This document shows, piece by piece, positions 43,101 to 55,100 of a stretch of DNA of 64,000 nt. The DNA is from Phoronis australis (lineage: Eukaryota; Animalia; Phoronida). A program made the translations under genes and the position numbers. Position 1 is the stretch's first letter. Every line of letters begins with the position of its first letter. The stretch spans positions 242,422 to 306,421 of the forward strand of contig NMRA01000365.1 in assembly GCA_002633005.1 (NCBI GenBank), given 5' to 3'. The notes beneath the pieces were generated by a model, which ran no database searches, was not told where the DNA came from, and worked only from the letters and a program-made list of their open reading frames with translations.

Positions 43101-46100
43101 TACTGTAGCCAGCAGTACAATGGGAAACTCTGAACTAACATTTTCTAGATCAACGGGCTTAAGATGAACTTACATTTTTCAAGGCACACATAAGCGGCGA
43201 GTCACCAGCATTATTGGTTGCCATGGCATCACATCCTTTGTCAATCAAAAGACTGGAGAGCTTGAAGCTCAACTCCATCTTGGCAGGATCAATAGATTCT
43301 GGTTCCTAAAATGGAAAACACAATTTAAACTTTGTGTCAGAGTATTAAAGCAGGATGAGCTAGGCCATTAAGATATACTGAGTAGCCATGTTGAGATAGT
43401 GAGAAAAAAGAACATAAAAATAAGCATATTTGCCGACTATGGTGATGATACTAGTATTAAAATACAAGCAATAGCAACAGGTCCTAACCACGAGTTTAAA
43501 AACAAGAGCAACGCGGAGTGTTGAAATGCGCCCACGAATGCATTACAAATGGTGTGCTTTTAGGGTTATTTATTTGTATCATAAAAATGGCCACTAGATG
43601 GAGCAAAAACATACAATCCATCCAAAAACAGGAACATGCCATATTTCATAAAAACCTGTCAAGGAACTTCAGAGAAACAAAGGAAAACAGAATAAAATGA
43701 AACTGCCACTAGTGGGCACAGTGTCCGTTGGATCCGCCTGAAAGTCGTCATCGTCTGTTGTTTTATTCATATAAATACACTTACTAAATTTAGTAAAGAT
43801 CCTGCAGTGGGTTTAGAAGATACAACTATGGGCGCGAAACAAAACTACCACTAGGAGGCAAAACAGTAGTCAGCAGGGATTGGAATGACCAATGACAGAA
43901 AACGCGGAAACTTTTACGGCCCAAAACATGCGCGCTACCCAGCCTTGAAATAGTCGATGTGAACCTTTCGCTGACGAAAGTAGGTAGGACTAAAAAAAAA
44001 TAAAAAAAAAACGTTACCACCATCCGTAGCATGCGTCTGCGTCTTTTTATCTCGTCCATCCACTCCTCCACTCCCACCCCCACACATTTTTGGCTGCAGA
44101 GCCGTAGTATTTGTCACCGCAGTTTACAATCACACAAGACGCCATTGAAAATCCCACCACGCTATCCCAGATGCCCCGGCAATGTTGACAATTTACGTTC
44201 CTCCGAAACATAAAGAGCAACTTCTGCTTTTCGAAGTGAACGTCGTCGGCAACGCCGCGGTAAGAAAGGAATTTGCCGCGGAAATTTTATATCAAATCCG
44301 ATTTTTTTTACGTGAAAATATAATAAAATGCGTGGACAGAACATTTGAAAAAAGCGGAAATCCGCGTTTCCGCGGAAAATTCCAGGCCCTAAGTCAGTCA
44401 CCATCATCAAAGGTCATCTTCACACTGAGAACATATATGTCAATTTTCAAATGATTTGGTTGTAACAGGGGTGGACACCAAAAACAAGATTTGAAAACAG
44501 CAAAAAATGGCCACTAGGTGGTGCAAAATACCTCGATTCCATCCAAAAACAGAAAGATAGCGTCATCACACCAATAGATGCCTATATTTAAAACTTCATG
44601 AAAATCTGTTGAGGACCTTTGAAGATACTGAGTTAAACGTAAAAAAATTAAAATTGCCACTAGGGGGCACAGCAGTAGTCAAATCTGTCCGAAAGTCATC
44701 ATCCGTAGTCAACATCATATAAATACACTTGCTAAATTAAGTAAAGATCCTGCGAACGTTTTAGGAGATACAGCCATAGGCGCAACAAAAACAAAACTGC
44801 CACTAGGAGGTGCCACAGCAGTCAAAATCGTCGGAAAATCATCGTCAACCGTCCTCTTTATAGTAAGTACATACATGCCAATTTTCACAATCATCCTTTA
44901 GGCGGTTTGGTTGATAGAGGGGTGGACGCAAAAAACAGACTCGAAAACAGTAAAAATGGCCACTAGGTGGCGCAAACTACATCGAATCCATCCGAAAGCC
45001 AGAGGATAGCGTCATCTCACTAATAGGTGCCTACATATCGAATTTCATGAAAATCCGTTCAGGACTTTTGAAGATACAAAGGTAAGCGTAAAAAATTAAA
45101 TTGCCACTAGGGGGCATACCGGTAGTCAGATCCGTCCGAAAGTTCGCTCATGCTGTCCCATTCATGAATGGAACATATGTGCCAAATTTCATGAACGTAA
45201 GTCAAAGAGTTTGGAGATAGAGCAGCGAACGCCGGACGGACGCCGCCCAGACGGACGGAGATGACGGCATAATGCGTCAACATATAAATAAGTGGGCGCA
45301 TAAAAACAATTGCAGACGTGCGCACGCTGCGCATGTGGGCCCATTGCACTGATCACCTGGAACTATTTTTGTAATAGCTAAAACCGAGCTGAGGAGCTAG
45401 AAACTTGACTAAGGGTCTAGCAGTGTGGCGCAGTGGAACTCGAACCCACAACCTCGAGTAAAAAAGGTGGGCACTTATCACACGAGGCCACACTGCCTCC
45501 TCACACATGAGTTTACGTAACAGTCGACAACTTAGAGTACTTAAATACATTAACTGCAGCAATCAATAATAAATTTTAAGTAAAAACACTCAGATAGACT
45601 ACTTTGAACCTGTTGAAGTCACTTAGAACAAAGACTGAATTCCACATAATGACTTACACGCCAGTGTCTCTTTACACGCAATAGACTGTTGCTGGCTAGG
45701 TAATGCAGCTGAAATCAAAATTGCATCATTATAAATAGGCTAGTAAACAATGTCACAAACACATATCATGTGTCTGACACATTTTCCATTATTCAAAATA
45801 CATGAAAAGAAGTCGTTAAATTTACTTGATGATCACTTCTGACAATGCAAGATTTTTTTACAAATCACTTCTTGGGGAAAACATTTGTCTTATGTCCAAC
45901 TTGAAAAAATAGCCATTTTAGACAATGACAGCGCCAACTCTTCCAGAAAGATGGATTAGAGAGTCACTCTTTCTCAGAAAGAAGAATTTGGGCATGAACT
46001 GAGATTGTGATCAATGCCAATGAACGTTCTTTACACAAAAATCAACTACATAGGGCGCTAACCACCAATCACAAGTCTAAATCAGTTTGAGAGACAACAA

Positions 46101-49100
46101 AGTACTAGGGGGATAAAAAAATGACCACACTAAGTACATAACTTGTGACTCTAAATACACTGGCGACCTCTTTTTGACTTTTCAAATACAGAAAAACTTT
46201 CACAAGTCAAATCCAAACCGAGGATCTTATACAAGTAAAGAAAACTCCCATTATCTGAAGTGCCGGGTGCATGCATTATAAAGACTTTGTCTAAGTTGAG
46301 CAAAAATTCCGACATATGCATGCTCGAGTGATGCGAATTTCCTGTAATTTTAATTTGCACAGTACATACTGCGTTTGACTCTCCAGTGTCAGAGAGTGTG
46401 ACGTCAATGTTCTTCTTCAGCAGGTACTGTACTTGATCCAACAGGTGAGCATCCAGGGGCGATGAACAGGTGAGTAACAGCAACGTCATACCTGAGTAAT
46501 GATTATGAATTGTTGGTACTCATGACTCATGTTTTGTGGAAGGTGTGATTATTTTGAGTTTGGTGTTAAGTTTGGTGTTAAGTGTTAAGTACCAGAGGTT
46601 ACACCAAATTAACAAAGAAATCAAACAAGAGCAACGCGGAGCGGTGAAATGCGCCCACGAATGCACCACTTACTGTGTGCTTCTAGGGTTGTTAATTTGT
46701 TTCATAAAAATAGCAGTATAACATTAAATCCATCTAAAAACCGGAAAATGCCATCACTTCTTTGACAGAAAGCTATTTACCAAATTTCATAAATATCAGT
46801 CAAGGAACTTCAGAAAAACGACGGAAAACAGAAAAAAATGAAATTGCCACTATGGGGCACAGCGTTCATTGGATCGGAATGAAAGACGTCGTCTGTTGTT
46901 AGCTTCATAAAAGTACAATTACTAAATTTAATAAAGATCATGCAGTGCAATAAGAAGATGCAGCTATGGGCGCAAAACAAAACAAAACTACCACTAGGAG
47001 GTGCCACAGTAGTCGAATTCGTTATAGTCAACTGCCCTCTTCACACAGAGAACATGCACACAAATTTTCAAAATCATCAGATCCTTAGAATGGTCTGGTT
47101 GATCGCTGGGTGGACGCCAAAAAACAGACTCAAAAACAGCAAAAATGGCCACTAGGTGGCGCAAAGGACCTCGATTCCATCCAAAAACGGGAGGATACCA
47201 TCATCTTACCAATAGATGCTTATATTCCACATTTTCTGAAAATCTGTTGAGAGCCTTTGAAGATACAGAAGTAAACCTAAAAAACTAAAATTATCACTAG
47301 GGGGCACACTTATAGCTAGATCCATCCAAAAATTGTCATTCGTTATGAACATAATATAAATACACTAACTTGCTAAATTTAGCAAAGACCCAACAAACGG
47401 TTTAGGAGAGACAGCCATAAGCGCCACAGCAGACGAAACCGTCAGAAAATAATCGTCAGCCGTCCTCCTCATAGTAAGAACATACATGCCAATTTTCACA
47501 ATCATTCTTAGTGCCGTTTAGTTAATAGAGGGGTGGACGCCAAAAAACAGACTAAAAACAGTAACAAGAGCAACGCGGAGCGTTGAAATGCGCCCACAAT
47601 TGCACCGCATTGGGTATCCTTCTAGGGTTGTTTATTGGTACCATAAAGTGGCCAGTAGAGGGCATACTTTGCAAAATGGAAAGGCATGGTCATTGTCTCC
47701 TCAATAGGCTAGGGGCAAAATGTGAGTAATCTTCATAATACAAGCACATCCTATACACCAGTTGCTTAAAGCACCACAGAAACATAGAATTAAAAACAAA
47801 TTTACCAACATACGAGATTAGCACAGCATTAGAATGCCAGAAACAAATTTCTACTTGGAACTTTTCCTTCACAGTCACGAAGTAACACAAAGTATACACC
47901 TGAAGACCTATGAAAATACAGAGGTCAATGTAAAATACTAAAATTGCCACTAGAGGCAAATACTAAAATTGCCACTAGAGGCATACCGGTAGTCAGAATC
48001 ATCCTAAAGTCGTCATCGTCCGTTGTCAACATCACATAAATACACTTGCTAAATTTAGTAAAGATCCTGCAAACGGTTTGGGAGATACAGCCATGGGCGC
48101 AAAAAAACAAAACTGCCACTAGGAGGCGCCACAGTAGTCCAAATCGTCTGAAAATCATTGTCAGCTGTCTTCCTTATAGTAAGCACATACACGCCAATTT
48201 TCACAATCATCCTTTGAGCGGTTTGGTTGATAGAGGGGTGGACGCAAAAATACAGACTCGAAAACAGTAAAAATGGCCACTAGGTGGCGCAAACTACGTC
48301 GAATCCATCTGAAAACAGTAGGATAGCGTCATCTCACTAATAGGTGCCTACATACCAAATTTCATGAAAATCCGTTCAATACTTTTGAAGATACAAAGGT
48401 AAGCGTAAAAAACTAAAATTGCCACTAGGGGGCACACCGGTAGTCGGATCCGTCCAAAAGTCGTCATCTTCCGTTGTTAACATCATATAAATATACTTAC
48501 AAAATTTCGTAAAGATCCTGCGAACGGTTTAGGAGATACAGCCATAGGCGCAAAAAAAGAACTGCCACAGTAGTCGAAATCGTCGGAAAATCGTCAACCG
48601 TCCTCTACATAGTAAGCACATACATGCCAATTTTCACAATCATGCCGTCCCATTCATGAATGGAACATATGTGCCAAATTTCATGAACGTATGTCAAAGG
48701 GTTTTGGAGATAGAGCAGCGGACGCTGGACGGACGCCGCCCGGACGGACGGACGGACAGAGATGACGGCATAATGTGTCCACATATAAATATGTGGGCGC
48801 ATAAAAATGGCCACTAGGTGGCGCAAACTACGTCAAATCCATCCAAGAACGGGTTGATAGCGTCATCTGATTAATAGATGCCTATGCGCCTAATTTTATG
48901 ACAATACGTTGAGGACCTTTGAATATACAGAGGTAAACGTAAAAAGTTGAAATTGACACTAGGGGGCACACCCGTAGTCAGATGCATCCGAAAGTCATCG
49001 CCATCCATTGTCAACATCATATAAATACTTTTGCTAAATTTAAACGGTTTAGGAGATACAGCCATGGGCGCAACAAAAAAAACTGCCACTAGGAGGCGCA

Positions 49101-52100
49101 ACAGCAGACAAAATCGTCGGAAAATCATCCTCAGCCATCGTCTTCATAGTAAGAACATACATGCCAATTTTCACAATCATTCTTAGAACTGTTTGGTTGA
49201 TAGAGGGGTGGACGCTAAAAACAGATTCAAAAACAGCAAAAATGGCCACTAGGTGGCGCAAAATTCGTCGAATCCATCCGAAAATGTAAGTATAGCATAA
49301 TCTCACTAATAGATGCCCATATGCCATATTTTATGAAAATACATTGAGGATCTTTGAAGATATAGAGGTAAGCGTAAGATACTAAAATTGCCACTAGGGG
49401 GCACACCGCTGGTCTGATCCGTCCGAAAGTTTGCTCATGCCGTCTCATCCATGAAAGGAACGCATGTGCCAAATTTCATTAATGTATGTCAAAAGATTTT
49501 GGAGATACAGTAGCGGACGCCGGACAGATGCCGGAAGGACGCTGGACGGACAGAGATGACGGCATAATGTGTCCACATTATAAATATGTGGGTGCATAAA
49601 AAGTGCCCTTAATCTTTTTTGAGTGAAAAATCCCAGAAGTGATTTGGGGTCCTGTTGACAGCTGACTCCACGGTACAATTATTGCATAAAGCCCTATGGT
49701 AAGGCCAAAATTAGAAGAAAACATTTGGATGGACAATGTTGGTAACAAGTGGGTGGTCATTCTGTGAACATAAACCTGCTGCAAAATAGAAAGTAAAACT
49801 CAATTGTCATGAGACGACTATCCAATACTGGGTCAACGTTTCGTTATTGCAGTACTTCGACTTTTCAGTATAAACCTTCTATAGCTTTATGTACCCCATT
49901 CTTAACTATACACAGCCACTCCCCTGAATACCTTTCTCATCTCTGAAGTTGATATCCACACTGGGTCGCTCCAATAATAGGTCAACCAAGCCATAATGAC
50001 CCTTCATGTAGGCAGCCATCACTGGAGTGATCTAAAAGAGAGATTGTGTATGGGGTACATGTGACTGAAATCTAGTGCTGCACAGAACTTGTCAAACTCT
50101 ACAAGTCTTATTGAATACACCCAAGATTATGCGTTGAAACATGATGCAGGGACAGATGAGAGTGAAAAAATCAGTTTCCACCACACTGTCATCAAATAGC
50201 ACATTACACGATTAGAACCATAGACTACAAACGCCTGGGGCAGTTAAACTGAGAAACACAACAACTCAGATGTGGGGTTTAAGTCAGATACAACAGAAAA
50301 GGGGCGTTCATAGTGCAACTGCTGAAATTTATGAGGAATAATGTTAACTTTACTTTTGGTGAACATGTGTGTTAACCAAGAAGAGTACTGTATAATGACC
50401 ACTTGCATATCATGCAGAGTATCATATAATGGCAACTTGCATGATATCATACTTCTAAAACCATGATATGAAAAAGAAACTTAGTGTTGCTTTTTAACTT
50501 TATAACCAATTCTTAAATTCTCAAAAGGAACTAATGCAAGTTTGCAGGTTTGATTACGAGTCACGACATAATTCATATTTTTCTTTATTTTACGTATGAA
50601 TCGTTCTTTCAATACATGCGTTGTAACTTTTTGCTTTCTTAAGTCAAGTTATTAAGGCCCAATATCTAAAGGCTCTCAATTAGAGTAATAGTCCATGTTG
50701 GATTGTGAAGGTTCCAACCTCCAATCCTTTTTCCACAGCAACTTCTTATTTTTTCAAATCATGCATGTCGAATTCTAAAGTAACAAATACCTGGTCACCA
50801 TGGTAATAGTTAGGCATATCCACTTTTATATCATGCAAACTTGTCTTTTTGTTGGATAAGGTTTGTAATGCTTAAATGTTAAAGTACTGTGCATTCTAAG
50901 TTACTTATTTTGGTAAAAGATTAGATCACATATAAACTTTACTGTACTGAGATTATATCAGTTGTGACTTATGTACAGCAGCGGTAACCTTCAACCACCT
51001 TGAAAGTCTTTCACTGTAGAAACCAAATAGATAATTCCGACTAAAAGCACTTGATTTTAATTTGAACTGTGGATTAAATCATCCTCTGATTTGTTCTTTG
51101 ACTTCCATGACTCAGTGACCAAAGTATGGTAGAATTAACTTGTTGTAATGAATGACTGAAATAATATGTTCAATGGCATCTTCAGGTAATATTTTTTGAT
51201 GCCTTGGGTTTGTTATTATTTCAATACATTAACACATGAATTTAAAAAACCAAGTTCAGAAGACTTCCATTTCAAGTGTCCTTGTAATTCTGTTGTTGAG
51301 ATTGCCACCTCCACTCAAATTTCAATTGTATACGTGGCTAAATTAAAAGGTGACACCCTTTTTACTCACTCCTGAAAGTGAAACAAGAGCAACGCAGAGC
51401 GTTGAAATGCGCCCACAATTGCACCGTATACGGTATCCTTCTAGGGTTGTTTATTGGTACCATAAAGTGGCCAGTAGAGGGCATATATGTAGTATGTTGT
51501 ACTTTGCAAAATGGAAAGGCATGGTCATTGTCTCCTCAATAGGCTAGGTTTCAAAATGTGAGTGATCTTCATAATACAAGCACATCCTATGCATCAGTTG
51601 CTTAAGGCACCACAGAAACATAGAATTAAAAACAAATTTACCAACATACGAGATTAGCACAGCATTAGAATGCCAGAAACAAATTTCTACTTGGAANNNN
51701 NNNNNNNNNNNNNNNNNNNNNNNNNNNNNNNNNNNNNNNNNNNNNNNNNNNNNNNNNNNNNNNNNNNNNNNNNNNNNNNNNNNNNNNNNNNNNNNNNNNN
51801 NNNNNNNNNNNNNNNNNNNNNNNNNNNNNNNNNNNNNNNNNNNNNNNNNNNNNNNNNNNNNNNNNNNNNNNNNNNNNNNNNNNNNNNNNNNNNNNNNNNN
51901 NNNNNNNNNNNNNNNNNNNNNNNNNNNNNNNNNNNNNNNNNNNNNNNNNNNNNNNNNNNNNNNNNNNNNNNNNNNNNNNNNNNNNNNNNNNNNNNNNNNN
52001 NNNNNNNNNNNNNNNNNNNNNNNNNNNNNNNNNNNNNNNNNNNNNNNNNNNNNNNNNNNNNNNNNNNNNNNNNNNNNNNNNNNNNNNNNNNNNNNNNNNN

Positions 52101-55100
52101 NNNNNNNNNNNNNNNNNNNNNNNNNNNNNNNNNNNNNNNNNNNNNNNNNNNNNNNNNNNNNNNNNNNNNNNNNNNNNNNNNNNNNNNNNNNNNNNNNNNN
52201 NNNNNNNNNNNNNNNNNNNNNNNNNNNNTCCTCTACATAGTAAGCATATACATGCCAATTTTCACAATCATCCTTTGAGCGGTTTGGTTGATAGAGGGGT
52301 GGACGCACAAAAACAGACTCGAAAACACTAAAAATGGCCACTAGGTGGCGCAAACTATGTCGAATCCATCTGAAAACGGGAGGATAGCATCATCTCACTA
52401 ATAAGTGCCTACATACCAAATTTCATGAAAATCCGTTCAGGACTTTTGAAGATACAAAGGTAAGCGTAAAAAACTAAAATTGCCACTAGGGGGCACACCG
52501 GTAGTCACATCTGTCCGAAAGTTCGCACATGCCGTCCCATTCATGAATGGAACATATGTGCTAAATTTCATGAACATATGTCAAAGGGTTTTGGAGATAG
52601 AGCAGCCGACCCCAGACGCCAGACGCCGGACGGACGCCGCCCGTACGGACGGACGGAGATGACGGCATAAAAATTAAAACTGCAATATTTTGTATTAGGC
52701 TTGATTATCTGTGATACACTGGTTTTTACATCTTCTTGGTGAAAAATGATTTAATTATGCCAACAAATGGAGTTGAAAGAAATTATCAAATGAAGCAAGC
52801 AAAATTTTGGAGGGTTGACTGCTTGTAGCCATTGCAATACACAGCTGTCTTCCTGAACTGACATCAGACAGTTACGTAACCACATATGCCTGGTCTCAGA
52901 ATTGACTGGCTGAAGTCGGAAAAGGTCATTACTGCTGGGCTTTTCTCATTAACCAAGCTGTTCGGACAAGAACTGCCCTGTGCAACAGATTCACGCAGTC
53001 CTATTATTTGTTTTGAAAAGCAGTTGTTTTGGTGTGAAACTATGTGTTTAAGTGTACGAAGACAGTTCATTCTAGACCAGTTACCTTCCAGTTGTTAGGG
53101 ACATTATCTTTCACCCCAGCGTCAAACAGCACTTTAGTACAGTGATACCAGCCATAGGCAACGGCATAGTGCAGGGCCGTGTTACCAGAGGAGTCGGCCT
53201 GATCAGGATTGGAGCCTAGACTAAGCAGATAGGAGGCAATATGAGCCTGACCATTCATAATGGCATGAATGAGAGCAGTGCGGCTTAACTTGTCTGAAAA
53301 AGAATAAAGAATCAAAATTTACTTTTGTTGTTCAGCAGACTTGACATTACCCTCCTAACTCCTAACTCTCAACTTCAAAGTGAAAAATCCTACATAGGGC
53401 CTGAAAATGCTGTTTCTTAACACTCCCAAATAAATATGAAGTCTACCGCTAATTGGTCTAAGTTTCTTTGCAGTGACTGGTTTCTACCATCAAAATGAAT
53501 TGACAGGTCACTAGCAACTGACTTGAAGTAGTTTGCTTGGACTGATGCTAATAATATATGACTACAGATAATGGCTTAATTTACACTAGTTATCAAATGT
53601 TTCATTCTTATAAAACATATTTCATTCAGAAGAAATATTAAAGTTTCTTGTTAAAATACACCGGTAACATATTCAGGGTTACATATAACTAAGGAAACAC
53701 TATTGAAACACAAGACTCAAGACCATACAGGCACTTACCTGTTTGTTCCACCTTAGCCCCGTGTTCCACTAGTAACTTGACAATATCTAGCTGGTCCCGC
53801 TGACAAGCATACATCAGCGCAGACACTTTCTCCTTCCCTGCACTCAGTGTCTTCTTGAGATCCACGTCATACTTCAGAAGCTGTATGGCGCAATCCTGCA
53901 CACACACACAAATACAAAAATTACGTGAAGTAATGAAGATGTAACACCAACACAAAGCACATTCTTTCAACAAACAGAGAGCAGAATGGGTTTGTAACAC
54001 GTCCTGGACTGGAAACTAGTCCACCACATGACTGTGACCATGGAGTGGACAACTGAAAACTAGTCCACCACATGACTGTGACCTTGGAGTGGACAACTGA
54101 AAACTAGTCCACCACATGACTGTGACCTTGAAGTGGACAACTGATCAAGTTAATTCAGTAAACACCTTCATCAGTTTACTCAAAATTTTTCATTTTTTTC
54201 CACCCAAAACTTTAAGAGCTTTAGCTCGCAGAAATTTTTGTCAGCTGCCATGTTGATCTGCCAGCTGCCATGTTGATCTGCCAGCTGCCATGTTGATCTG
54301 TCAGCGGCCATGTTGATCTGTCAGCGGCCATGTTGATCTGTCAGCTGCCATGTTGACCTGCCAGCTTCATCATACTGACAAAGTTAGTGTTTTTCATCAT
54401 AGCTTTAATCTGAATTAAATTCAAATAAATACCGAGCTCATAAAAAGTGCAGGTCGCTGACACACAGATAAAGACAATGATCTTTAATGCAAAGTAACGG
54501 AAAAACAGACATGTGAGAAGTGATATGCAGTAAGTTGTGGGTCCTTCTACTCACCACATTCCTATTGTCTATAGCCAGGAACACAGGAGTGTAACTGTTG
54601 TGATCTTCATTGATACAGCCCAGACACTTACCACATGACCACCCTCTATAGCCAGGAACAGAGGAGTGTAACTGCTGCGATCGGCCTTATTGATACAACC
54701 CAGACCAAATTTCTTCAACATGTTCTCATCTGAGTTCTTCTTACCTTAAACAAATTTTACCACTTGAAAAACAAATTCAAGTTTTTAAAAATGCACTGAT
54801 GCCTGGTTGTACTTTTATCTGCAGGAGTAGCATGAGAACACACTGAGAGACTACAGAATAATCAGGCTTCTTTCCTACCGCCCTAAACCTCACCCTTTGC
54901 TCAAATACTAAGCATGGATAATGAGCATAGAAAATAATCACTTCATAATAGGGTACAAAAACACCTGCTTTGATTCTGTTTGATATAAAAACTGATCTTT
55001 CAACTACCTTTCATTGTAAGCATTGTCTTGACATGACACTTACTCAGTGGTGATTTCTTAATTAATCTAACCATAAAACGACAATGACCTCCATTTGGTT

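Noticed and set aside
45400-45502. Functional tRNA gene
   Set aside because: No full cloverleaf; it is attached to a SINE body shared with 57183-57410
49830-49875. Hammerhead-like string on the minus strand (ctgaaaag...cgaaacgttg)
   Set aside because: G8 of the CUGANGA core is missing and stems I and II do not pair convincingly
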